Source: a virus (lineage: Duplodnaviria; Caudoviricetes). From it: a DNA stretch of 64,000 nt. The notes under the pieces are model-generated. The model saw nothing but the letters and a program-made list of their open reading frames with translations, was not told where the DNA came from and did not search any database. The stretch lies in the IMG/VR virus record IMGVR_UViG_3300017991_000109, positions 22 to 64,021 of that record; one strand, 5' to 3'. Both the position numbers and the translations under genes were made by a program. Of the stretch, positions 49,399-58,541 are shown in pieces. Position 1 is the first letter of the stretch; each line of letters starts with the position of its first letter.

Positions 49399-49620
49399 AT
49401 GGAAACAAGGGTGACTGCTCTAATAGTATGTCAGAAAGATGATCCTACACTGTTCTCTGGGACAACGACTAAAATCTCAATGGCAGATGAGGCTGCTGGA
49501 GAATATGTTGTGGTAGAGCAAAATGACTCAGATGCTGGGAAGATATTTATCGCGCCCGAAGAGTGGGAAGATCTTAAAGATGCTATCGATACGATGATAG
49601 CAAACTGCCGCGATAACTGA
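49399..49620 (+). CDS. hypothetical protein
   Basis: Likely start METRVT. Confidence 0.6.
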   Translation: METRVTALIVCQKDDPTLFSGTTTKISMADEAAGEYVVVEQNDSDAGKIFIAPEEWEDLKDAIDTMIANCRDN

Positions 49621-49934
49621 TGTTGTACGGAATATTTTGGATAGACACTGACGAGCTTTTGTCTCCTGCTTCATTCAAGGAGCATTGGCAAGGCTATGGG
49701 AACAATCAGCTACACGGCTGGAGACCTCCTAAAAAGGTGTATTATACTTTAGGTAATGCCAAGTCCGGTTTTGCCCATATTCCAGATCAAATCAAACCCC
49801 ATGTGTGTATTCGAGCGATCGAGCCGACCAATGTCATTATTGACGGAGAAGACCTTATCAAGGAGCAGAAAGAGCGCCAAGATAAGCGGCGCGAGGAGCA
49901 AGAAGAACGTTATCGAAAGTGGAGAACGGAATAA
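49620..49934 (+). CDS. hypothetical protein
   Basis: 104 aa, TGATG coupling. Confidence 0.65.
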   Translation: MLYGIFWIDTDELLSPASFKEHWQGYGNNQLHGWRPPKKVYYTLGNAKSGFAHIPDQIKPHVCIRAIEPTNVIIDGEDLIKEQKERQDKRREEQEERYRKWRTE

Positions 49935-49971
49935 TGTAACTAGCTACATATGTCAGTATCTACATATTGAC

Positions 49972-51042
49972 ATGTCCTCAAAAAAGTTCCTGCAACTATT
50001 TGAAATGCCTGTGGGGAGGTTCGACCTCCAAGGCGATTGGAATCCTGACACAAAGATCGGTAATCTAGATCCATATGCTGATGAAGATGACGGTGGAAGT
50101 TATGGCGCATACGACCGTAAAACTGTCAAAAACATGCGGGACGCTATCCCTAAGATTAGGAAGCGCTTTGATAATATAAATCATACTTTTGATTTTATCA
50201 TGTTGAGAGAACAGCCTCAACATGATGGGGACTCTAGGTACGTCGAATATGGCGCTATCGATGACAATGACGATTCAGGTGTAGCTGCCAAGAACAGGTT
50301 CCGTCAAATTTGGGACGAGGCTGATCCCGATGCAATCACCGTTGTATTCACAAATAACACTGGTGATGATCTTGTGTCTATTGCTAAAGAGTGGAATTTC
50401 TCACATCGCCTTGCACATGTTTTTCAAGCGGCTGCAAGAAAAAATCAGAAAGGTCTCGCGTACACTATGTCCGAGATGGAGGCTTGTGTCCATGAGTTAC
50501 TTGGTTATCTGTGTGATAATGTTTATGGGATTACAAACCCATTTAAAAAGGTTCGAATGTATGATGGTAATATATCACACAACTGGATTTACGAACAAGA
50601 AGAGCTTGCGGGTGCATTGTTAACAGCAGTGGGCAAACAGCATTTTATATCGTGTCAAAAGGGGAGATTGGCTAGACCTTTCGAGTTTGTGTATGAAGCC
50701 TTTGCTTGTATGGTAAAATATGGTGAGATAAGATTCTCAGATCCTATCGGACCTGCTTTGATTGATAAACCCGAACCAGATGGGGATTGGGAGCGTAAAT
50801 CTGAATTTATGACTTACCCCCCTATGGATGAGGACCACCCTGATTATGATCCTGAGTATCCTGATGAACCAGACTATGATGAGGAGCCTGAATTTGATGA
50901 AGAGGCATACAATGCTTCTTTCTATAGACAGCCCCAGCGAGGTATGTTCTACCAAGATGACTTACACAGCTATGCCAGAACTCTAGAGTACTACTGGGAT
51001 GAGTTACTAAGTCAAGCTACTGGCAGTATTTTTATTATGTGA
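49972..51042 (+). CDS. putative internal head protein (FLxLFE-tagged)
   Basis: Start MSSKKFLQLFE; acidic; HRLAH. Confidence 0.6.
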   Translation: MSSKKFLQLFEMPVGRFDLQGDWNPDTKIGNLDPYADEDDGGSYGAYDRKTVKNMRDAIPKIRKRFDNINHTFDFIMLREQPQHDGDSRYVEYGAIDDNDDSGVAAKNRFRQIWDEADPDAITVVFTNNTGDDLVSIAKEWNFSHRLAHVFQAAARKNQKGLAYTMSEMEACVHELLGYLCDNVYGITNPFKKVRMYDGNISHNWIYEQEELAGALLTAVGKQHFISCQKGRLARPFEFVYEAFACMVKYGEIRFSDPIGPALIDKPEPDGDWERKSEFMTYPPMDEDHPDYDPEYPDEPDYDEEPEFDEEAYNASFYRQPQRGMFYQDDLHSYARTLEYYWDELLSQATGSIFIM

Positions 51043-52116
51043 TCAATCAAAATGATTGTAGCCGATATCAATCCACTCCCGGTCAAAAGCTTCGCACCAG
51101 TTCTCGACTTGTCGGGCATAACTATGAGCTGTCTGCTCTTTCAATTCAGTTGAGTATTTCTCCCTCAGCTCATCAATCTTTTCGGAAAGTCTCTGGAGTC
51201 TTGGACGCATGTCCTGCACGAACTCTCTAAACTCCTCGCGGGAACGGTGGATCTCAGGATCAGAAAGATAATCAACGGATCTACGGAAGGAATTCACCTT
51301 ATCCATCCACTCCATGAAGCGAAGGGTTAGGAACGTCTCAGCTTGATTGAGATGTCGATTTTCCTTACGAACCTCAGAAAGTCCAGAAATCGATTCTGAG
51401 ACACGGGTTAGAAGCTGACTGCTAGGACCAAGACCAAACCCTTTAAGCTGCTCTGAGAGGATACCTGAGAGCTTTACGCACTTACTGGACAACCGACCGA
51501 TGTTTTTGTCATCCCCCCGCTCGTGAAGTCTACGCTTTTTACGTTTTTTCTCTTTCTTTGCCCATTCCTCAGGATCAAAGCACTTTAGGAAAATCGCTGC
51601 ATTACTCTTCATAGCACCAGGACGGGCTGATGTGCTGGAAATCCCCATTGTTGAACTTGTCTCTTCCATGTTCATAAATAGTTTCAACTTATGACCAGCA
51701 TTATAAAGGAAATCTGCCAACCCGTAGTGTAGGGGTTCTGGCCAATCACCAAATTCGCACCATTCGTAGTCATCTGCTTCCCAATTCAGAATTGGCTCAA
51801 ACTCGTCCTCACACACCGCTACGAAGTTATGATATCGAAATCCACTTTCATCATCTTCAAAGGTGTACACATGCTGAAGGTCGTACCTGCCAACGTAACC
51901 AACTTCCTCGTCTACTTCTCGCCTAACAGCATCTTGAGGAGCTTCGCCTTCGTCTATCGCACCTCCCCAAGTCCCCCATGTATGAGGCTCTAAAACGTAG
52001 CTAGATCTATACTGAATCAGGAATCGCTGAGTCCTTTTGGAAAAGAAGATACACCCCGCACCTTGCTTTCCCCAGAATCCTGTTTTATCGAGAGCATCTT
52101 GGTGCTGGGCATCCAT
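51043..52116 (-). CDS. Nudix hydrolase with C-terminal extension
   Basis: Nudix box GAIDEGEAPQDAVRREVDEEVG. Confidence 0.92.
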   Translation of the reverse strand: MDAQHQDALDKTGFWGKQGAGCIFFSKRTQRFLIQYRSSYVLEPHTWGTWGGAIDEGEAPQDAVRREVDEEVGYVGRYDLQHVYTFEDDESGFRYHNFVAVCEDEFEPILNWEADDYEWCEFGDWPEPLHYGLADFLYNAGHKLKLFMNMEETSSTMGISSTSARPGAMKSNAAIFLKCFDPEEWAKKEKKRKKRRLHERGDDKNIGRLSSKCVKLSGILSEQLKGFGLGPSSQLLTRVSESISGLSEVRKENRHLNQAETFLTLRFMEWMDKVNSFRRSVDYLSDPEIHRSREEFREFVQDMRPRLQRLSEKIDELREKYSTELKEQTAHSYARQVENWCEAFDREWIDIGYNHFD

Positions 52117-52127
52117 GCCTATAGATA

Positions 52128-52901
52128 CTACTCCAGAGCTTTTAGTAATCTTGGATTACCATTACGCACATTTTGTTTTGATACCGTTACATAAACGAAG
52201 GGCTCGCCTCCGTGGAGAGACCCAAATACTCTGTGGTTCCCATCACGCATTTGCACAGATAACTGACCTATGTCACCATCAACAGTGTTGTGCATTTCAG
52301 CTACTTTAGCTTTTAGATGTTCTGTCATTGCCAATGCAACTGGATGCTCATCCACGGGCTTGATGTCCTCAACATCTACATCGTTGTATCCAAGCTCTAT
52401 GTGAACAAAGTCATCGTAGTAATAATCGTAGAACTCTTCACCTTGATCAGACAAAAAATCTGTTGCCCAATTTTCGACTGTAGACTCGGTATTGTCTAGA
52501 TATTCATCAACCTCCCATCCGGCGCTCCAAGGTTCATCCATACCAAACTCGTATATACGCTCTTTCGACCTACGTGTTTCAACAACGTCGTTGTAATCAA
52601 TCTCTGAAACTGAAGCGTATCCACACTCAAATTTCACATCTTCGTTCCTACGTACTTCTTTTGAGATCGCTGCGAGCTTAGCATTGTCAAAGATGTTGTC
52701 ACTGCGCGGAAAAACATATTCAGGGTAGACTCGAAGCATTCTGCCTTCTGGACCAAACCATGTTACGTGGCGACCTTTCTTAGCTTGGAGACCATGTACG
52801 TCGTAATCGTGGCTATAATGATTTTCGAAAGAATCTGCTTCAGCATCGTCGATGTAAAATTTAGAACGAGGACTTTCGAATAGTCTTAAGAATTCGATCA
52901 T
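52128..52901 (-). CDS. putative internal head protein, ParB/Srx-like
   Basis: MIEFLRLFE N-terminus; RDGNHR motif. Confidence 0.6.
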   Translation of the reverse strand: MIEFLRLFESPRSKFYIDDAEADSFENHYSHDYDVHGLQAKKGRHVTWFGPEGRMLRVYPEYVFPRSDNIFDNAKLAAISKEVRRNEDVKFECGYASVSEIDYNDVVETRRSKERIYEFGMDEPWSAGWEVDEYLDNTESTVENWATDFLSDQGEEFYDYYYDDFVHIELGYNDVDVEDIKPVDEHPVALAMTEHLKAKVAEMHNTVDGDIGQLSVQMRDGNHRVFGSLHGGEPFVYVTVSKQNVRNGNPRLLKALE

Positions 52902-53509
52902 GAGGCTCCGAGTGTAATAGGTTCTATCTCGGTTAACGTACCGAAAAATGGGTCGTCTAGAGGGTCATCGAAAGATGTCCTTTTGTGTATTTTTATACCT
53001 CGTTTCGACAATTCACGTTCCAGCAGCTTATGGTAAATTCTCTGCCTTCTTTCGTCTCCTTCGTACTCTTGTCGAGAAGCTAGTAGAATGTATTTAAGCT
53101 CTACAGAGGTATTCTTCTTTACCCCATCATCGCGTACGTTCTTGATAAAAGCATCGACACACTCCATAACCCCAGATAACACTTGATGTGCATGACGTTT
53201 ATCAGTCAACGCAGGTTTCTCTGGTTCTAGTTCTATATAGGTGTCTTTAGTAGGTATCCCTTGCATGATACGTAAACCTGCAAGCGCAGGTTCAACTTTT
53301 TTTTCATGGGCTATTGCAGAAGAAAAATCCACCCTAAGTCCATCTTGCTCATTATCTACTTTTATAAGTTTGCAGTATACTAGGTAGTGCTCTCCATCTA
53401 CATCGAAACTCATTTGTTCTTCGTGACGAATAGGCTTGTGATAACCCCACGCAGAACGTACGCTTTTAACATCTGACCTTGCTTCGAATAGTTTAAGAAA
53501 TTCTATCAT
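52898..53509 (-). CDS. putative internal head protein
   Basis: MIEFLKLFE N-terminus. Confidence 0.55.
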   Translation of the reverse strand: MIEFLKLFEARSDVKSVRSAWGYHKPIRHEEQMSFDVDGEHYLVYCKLIKVDNEQDGLRVDFSSAIAHEKKVEPALAGLRIMQGIPTKDTYIELEPEKPALTDKRHAHQVLSGVMECVDAFIKNVRDDGVKKNTSVELKYILLASRQEYEGDERRQRIYHKLLERELSKRGIKIHKRTSFDDPLDDPFFGTLTEIEPITLGAS

Positions 53510-53952
53510 ATGAATAGATACACACGGGAGTCTATTTTAGCGTTCTTCTCTCCGAAGGAAACTCCTGCACGATTAAGAAGAGTACGTACCGTTGCTTCAG
53601 TTACATTCCTTTTCAGAGCAATATCTTTGACGGACATCCCTTTTTGGTACATCTGAACAGTTTCAGTGCGTGCTTTAGAACCTCGTGGGCGACGTAATTT
53701 TTCTAGCGTTTCCTTAGAAGGTGTGTGTCCTTTACGCCCTTTCTTTTTAGTATTTGCTTCTAATTTACCACACTCAGGACAACCTCTTCCGGCTAGATGA
53801 TTCGAGGGTGTTTGTTCAAAATCCCCGTGAATTGGACAGGTTATCTTTAATTTAGTTAGAGCACCCTTGTATTCTGTTTTAGAGTATAAGTACTTGTTTC
53901 CGTGACAGTTATTAGCTCGTTTTATAAACTCTTCTGTTGTTAACTTCTTCAT
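53506..53952 (-). mobile_element. homing-endonuclease-associated DNA-binding gene (Zn ribbon + NUMOD3 + HTH), no nuclease domain seen
   Basis: TTEEFI..HG.KY.YSK.EY..ITCPIHG.F.QTP.NHL.G.GCPEC; SKETLEKL; HTH. Confidence 0.75.
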
Positions 53953-53988
53953 GACGATACTTTATAACTACCGGCTATATAAGTCAAC

Positions 53989-54021
53989 AAAAAAAGAAGG
54001 CGCTCAATTAAGAGCGCCTTC
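53989..54021 (-). terminator. rho-independent terminator after the major capsid gene
   Basis: GAAGGCGCTC-TTAATT-GAGCGCCTTC-TTTTTTT on the minus strand. Confidence 0.9.
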
Positions 54022-54049
54022 CCGAATTTGTAGTAAAGATACTAACTAA

Positions 54050-55483
54050 TTAGCCTCCGAAAGAAGCAGTTGTGTTAGTGATCTTCATTTTCGCGTACAT
54101 CTTATTGTTTACCATCCTCTTACCGTATTGAGAGGCGAATCCCTTACGGTTAATGAAGTCATCAAGAACGACATTAGGTGTTGAAAACAACAATATCCAT
54201 GGCGCAAACACGTAGCCAGTGCTGATAAAATCGTTACCCTTGTAACCGAACAGAGCTTCGTCCGTTCTGTAGTGAGGGTCACAATATACATCCATTCCCT
54301 GCCAGCGACCGATCTTGTGAACCCCTTGCACCTCTGCCTTGTCAGCAGCAGGTTCGAAGTTCGGAAGGGTCTTGACGATGTTCGCACCAGAGATACCAGT
54401 CAGCATCCAGTTGGCGCTCACACGGTTAGTGGCACGTAGGATGAACGAGCTTGCCTTAACAGCAGCGTCTTGCATCGTAAGCTTGTGCTCCGTGTAAGAG
54501 ATGTAGCTGTTAGTTGGCACTGTTTCGTCCCAAGTAACGACACCAGCTCCTGCCTGACGACGAAGATCTTCGATGATCTCACGGTCGATCTCCCACTGAA
54601 GGTGGTTGGCGATAGCTGTCGAAACCATGTTTTCGGCATTGACCTTGTGCAGAGCTTCAAGAGCTTGTGCAGCTTCCGTAGACCAACGTCCACGTAGCTT
54701 ACGCTCTTGCACTTGGATAGGTGAGCTGACAATCTCGAAGTCGATCTGCTGAGCAGTATCGTTAAGTTCCGAGTTGTAGTTGTAGCTTGCTGTTACCGCA
54801 GATAGAGCGTCCAAGTCCGAAGAGTTGGAGTCAACCACGATTTCACCAGTGTTGTAGTTCACCGAACCAGCGGTAGCGTTGTCACTGTTGTCGAGAAGCT
54901 TACCAGCTCCATCGTCGTAAACAGTGTTCGTACCATCCGAGATGATGATTGTTCCTGGCATAACAGGTCCGTAAGCAAGGTTAGTTGCTGAGAAGTCACC
55001 GTTGGCGTCAGTTGTGCCTACAACCTCGTTGGACACAGAGTCCGCAGAGTCAAGGTAAGCATCAGCGTGTGCCGTACGTGCATCCCAGACCTTCGCCCCA
55101 CGAGGACGATCACCTTTTGCCTGACCAGTCACGAAATTCATGAAGAAGATCTGACCAGTAGGTCCGTCAAGTGGCTGTAGTGAAACCAAGTCTTGTGCGA
55201 CAAGGTTCTCAGACACGATTGAGATAAGCGGGAACGCGAACTTGTCGAAGTTACCAACCTGTAGTGTGGTTGATGTCTCGTCCAGTCCTTGGCGATACTG
55301 CTTGTAGTTTTCTAGCATCAAGGCTGTAATGGCTGCTTTTTCAGGACATCCGATGTCCTCCACCATTTCTTGCCACCCAGAAGCCTCGCAAAGCGATTGG
55401 TCCTTAGTGATTCCCATAGTGGAGTTAGCCAATTCGTACCCTCGAACTAGGTTTTCTGCTAATTTAGCTGCATGATTAATCAT
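54050..55483 (-). CDS. major capsid protein (T4 gp23-like)
   Basis: LMLEN; VSLQPLDGPTGQIFF; RKLRGRWSTEAAQ; EIDREII; GYVFAPW; RKGFASQYG. Confidence 0.97.
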   Translation of the reverse strand: MINHAAKLAENLVRGYELANSTMGITKDQSLCEASGWQEMVEDIGCPEKAAITALMLENYKQYRQGLDETSTTLQVGNFDKFAFPLISIVSENLVAQDLVSLQPLDGPTGQIFFMNFVTGQAKGDRPRGAKVWDARTAHADAYLDSADSVSNEVVGTTDANGDFSATNLAYGPVMPGTIIISDGTNTVYDDGAGKLLDNSDNATAGSVNYNTGEIVVDSNSSDLDALSAVTASYNYNSELNDTAQQIDFEIVSSPIQVQERKLRGRWSTEAAQALEALHKVNAENMVSTAIANHLQWEIDREIIEDLRRQAGAGVVTWDETVPTNSYISYTEHKLTMQDAAVKASSFILRATNRVSANWMLTGISGANIVKTLPNFEPAADKAEVQGVHKIGRWQGMDVYCDPHYRTDEALFGYKGNDFISTGYVFAPWILLFSTPNVVLDDFINRKGFASQYGKRMVNNKMYAKMKITNTTASFGG

Positions 55484-55516
55484 GATATTTTTCTAGTTTT
55501 GGTTATTGAGTTTGAA

Positions 55517-57577
55517 TTAAACCGCGAACTTACTTCCTTTTGTTCGTGCGCGGCTGACCATCGATAGCGCAGGGTGAACTGATTCCTTCAGATCTTCCTC
55601 TCCGCTATTCTTGCCAGTTTTACCCTTATCGGCGCTTTCGGTAAGGGTCTTACCCTTCTTACCTTTCTTGGATTCTACGGTAGAGATTTCCTCTTCATCG
55701 TCTCCTTCTAGCGCAGGATCAGGATTTTCGCTAACAAGGTGCTTGCTCATTTCTGTGAACTTGTCGAAGGTCTTGCAGTTAGCAAGCTTCTCTCCATAAC
55801 TCTCCCACAGATCTGGGCGACGAAGTTGGATATATGCCATACCCATTTCTTTCATGTCCTTGTTATACTTCCCAGCAAGTTCCTTAGCAGCCTCTTCAAA
55901 GCGCTGTGAGCGCTCGACTAGACCTTCTGGACCTTCAACGTTTCCGTCTACTATAGATTCTTTCAACTCTTTGTACTTAGCTAGCATATTTGAAGAAGCT
56001 TCGGCAAGCTTCTCGTAGCGAGCTTGGAGTAGGTTGAGTTGACGTTCAGTGCGAGTCTGGATCTTGTTAGACTTGACCCGCTTTGCCTCACGGAGTGAAC
56101 GCAAGATTTTTCTTCGGCTCTCCATTGGCATCTTATCGTCAATTTCGTCATCGAAATTATCTTCTGGACCCATTTCTGGATCGATGTCACACTCGTCCTC
56201 AGGACAAATGTCGTTGCTGATGTCTCGAAGCTCAGAGGCAAGCTGTTCGCACTCAGGATCTTCCTCACATGCTTGCTCAAGCTTTTCAGCGGCTTGGTCA
56301 AGGATGTCAGCAACTTGTGCGATATCTTCTTCTCCACCCTCTTCTTCAGGCATATCTTCAGGACCAGCATCAAGTTCTGGCTCAACAGAAGGTCCGTCGA
56401 TTTCCTCTTCTCCACCCTCGTCGTTAAGATCGTCTTCAAACTCCTCTAAGAGCTTGAGAGATTTCTCAGCTACCAGCTTAAGTGAAGCGTCTTCTTCAAG
56501 GATTCTACCGATTTCAACCCGATAATCGTTAACTGCTTCGAAGAAACCGATCTTTTCGATGGGCTTCAAATCGCTGATATCAGTTTTCCGAAGTCGAATC
56601 ACATCGGTCTGTACTTTAGTTAGTTTAGATCGTGTATTCATATCGTCATGTGATTCGGTAACTGTGCCGCTTACCGGGACGGGTTCATTTTCCAGCTTGA
56701 ATGGAAAGTCGTATTCGTAACCTTTGCTCTCACAGAAAGTGTTCATTGCCTTAAGCGCAGCAACCTGAGAGATAAATGGTTGGTGAAATTCAGTCAAAGG
56801 AGTGTTATCGTTGCCGTTATACCAGCAGAATTTATTCGACTCTGCAATCAATTGAATAGGGATAAGTTGCTCACCCTTGTTCATGATTCCAGTGGCTAGA
56901 ACAAAACTGCTTTCTTGTACTTTTTCGTCTTTCATCGGCTTCTCTTCTTCTTCAAATTCTTTAGCGTCGATTGTTTCTTTGATGATATTTACTCGCTTGC
57001 CTAGATCAGACTCGGCTTGAATGCGAGGAATAGCACGAGTAACTGATGGGCTGAAAACCACATCCCAAGTTTCAAGCTGGAAGTCTTCATTCACCTCCAA
57101 GCAATCAGAAGATTCAGAAACTGTTCCATTACCTCTGCTAGACACTCCAAACTTGACTCCTGCCATCAAAAGTGCTTCGACGATCTTCCCTTTTGGAGTT
57201 GGCAGGGTTTCGTATGCTCCGATGATATCGCCCTCTTCTAGATCTGGGTTTGATCCGATTTCTTTTGGTGTGGCGTAGCGAGCTTCGACAATAACGTGAC
57301 TCACTTCATCGAGTTTAGTAAGACCGTCTTCGGGATGCTCGATCATCCCCAAAACTGCTCGATCCTTCAAGCGATTCTGGAAATCATTACCCTCGTTAAA
57401 AACTTGATCCCAGACGTTTTTACCATAACGACGACCATTTTCGTTGATAACTTTGTAGTTCTGGAAAACCCCTTCAACGCGAAGGACCTTCTGGCCAGAA
57501 CCTGTAGCAGACTCAACGAGTTGAGGCTTTCCAAGTGGTTTGAAGGGCATATAGCCACCTAACAGTAGATTTTCCAT
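55517..57577 (-). CDS. prohead protease (gp21-like) fused to scaffold/core domain
   Basis: NENGRRY; GMIEHP; VSHVI; TPKG; GVSSRGNG; WDVVFSPS; then a long acidic coiled-coil region with many xxES sites. Confidence 0.93.
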   Translation of the reverse strand: MENLLLGGYMPFKPLGKPQLVESATGSGQKVLRVEGVFQNYKVINENGRRYGKNVWDQVFNEGNDFQNRLKDRAVLGMIEHPEDGLTKLDEVSHVIVEARYATPKEIGSNPDLEEGDIIGAYETLPTPKGKIVEALLMAGVKFGVSSRGNGTVSESSDCLEVNEDFQLETWDVVFSPSVTRAIPRIQAESDLGKRVNIIKETIDAKEFEEEEKPMKDEKVQESSFVLATGIMNKGEQLIPIQLIAESNKFCWYNGNDNTPLTEFHQPFISQVAALKAMNTFCESKGYEYDFPFKLENEPVPVSGTVTESHDDMNTRSKLTKVQTDVIRLRKTDISDLKPIEKIGFFEAVNDYRVEIGRILEEDASLKLVAEKSLKLLEEFEDDLNDEGGEEEIDGPSVEPELDAGPEDMPEEEGGEEDIAQVADILDQAAEKLEQACEEDPECEQLASELRDISNDICPEDECDIDPEMGPEDNFDDEIDDKMPMESRRKILRSLREAKRVKSNKIQTRTERQLNLLQARYEKLAEASSNMLAKYKELKESIVDGNVEGPEGLVERSQRFEEAAKELAGKYNKDMKEMGMAYIQLRRPDLWESYGEKLANCKTFDKFTEMSKHLVSENPDPALEGDDEEEISTVESKKGKKGKTLTESADKGKTGKNSGEEDLKESVHPALSMVSRARTKGSKFAV

Positions 57578-57655
57578 CGTAAATAACTACGTGAAAAATC
57601 AACTAAATTGAAAAATGACAGTTTTTACTTAGAATATTAGAAGCTTATTGCCACT

Positions 57656-58177
57656 TTATGTGTAACGATTTATTCTAAACTTTTCGATACGAGAAGGGTA
57701 GTCCGAATGCCAATCTTCAGGGTGTTTTCTTACATCCTTCGCTTTATAGCCTCTGTACGGGAATAAATTATTAGATGTTATATCGTACGGTTCGCCAGTA
57801 TCAAATGTTTTCCCAAAATATTCTTCACTCCATCCAGGTGCTCCGAATTCTTCTCTGCACCATGCATCAAGCGCCATAACACGAGTTAATTGAATACTAT
57901 CAAAATCTTTCGATGAGATAAAGACTTCTTGACCGTAATCAGCACCTAAAGCTGAGGGGACTTTAAATTCGGCTATCCAAGGTCTCCAATATCCATGAGC
58001 GTTTAACCAAAATTCAGGGTTCTTAGCTAAGAAAATTCCTGGTTCAGTCCAATCTCCACCTATAGTAGTGTTATTTTGAGGGTAAAAATCTGGGTCTAAT
58101 TGAAAATCTTTATCATCCGTTAAGTGGTATAAAAATCTAGTTTCAGACTCGAATAGTTGGAGGAACTTAACTGGCAT
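57656..58177 (-). CDS. putative internal head protein, ADP-ribosyltransferase-fold-like
   Basis: MPVKFLQLFE N-terminus; LYHLT..GIFLA..QEVFI pattern. Confidence 0.5.
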   Translation of the reverse strand: MPVKFLQLFESETRFLYHLTDDKDFQLDPDFYPQNNTTIGGDWTEPGIFLAKNPEFWLNAHGYWRPWIAEFKVPSALGADYGQEVFISSKDFDSIQLTRVMALDAWCREEFGAPGWSEEYFGKTFDTGEPYDITSNNLFPYRGYKAKDVRKHPEDWHSDYPSRIEKFRINRYT

Positions 58178-58541
58178 AGTCAGACTTGTCTTGGGTTATA
58201 CAGTGAATGAAATTCCACACGTAGTCCAAAATAGTGACCAGCTTCTCCTCTGGGACACCAGCTTCGACCAGTTCTTTATGCAGCATTGGCGTGACACTAA
58301 AAACTTTACTCTCACCCGTGTGGTACGTGACTTTGACACACTGAGACATTGGCCAGCGAGTCACTAAAAGAAAACCTTTAGGAAGTTGAGGAGGTTTGGG
58401 TAGTTTCTGACGGTAGTAGCTCTCCTCACTAGCCGTCAAAGGTGACGGAGCGAAAGACCTCCAAGAACCCGTTTGCAACGCTCTGATCTGATACGCCAAG
58501 GGTTCCTTTTCTAGCACAGTACTCTCCGAAAGCTTGCTCAT
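58167..58541 (-). CDS. hypothetical protein
   Basis: 124 aa ORF; overlaps the upstream gene, so start is uncertain. Confidence 0.5.
   Translation of the reverse strand: MSKLSESTVLEKEPLAYQIRALQTGSWRSFAPSPLTASEESYYRQKLPKPPQLPKGFLLVTRWPMSQCVKVTYHTGESKVFSVTPMLHKELVEAGVPEEKLVTILDYVWNFIHCITQDKSDYAS

Noticed and set aside
49756-49971. Upstream extension of 49756..51042
   Set aside because: Overlaps 49620..49934; the tag motif indicates the start at 49972.
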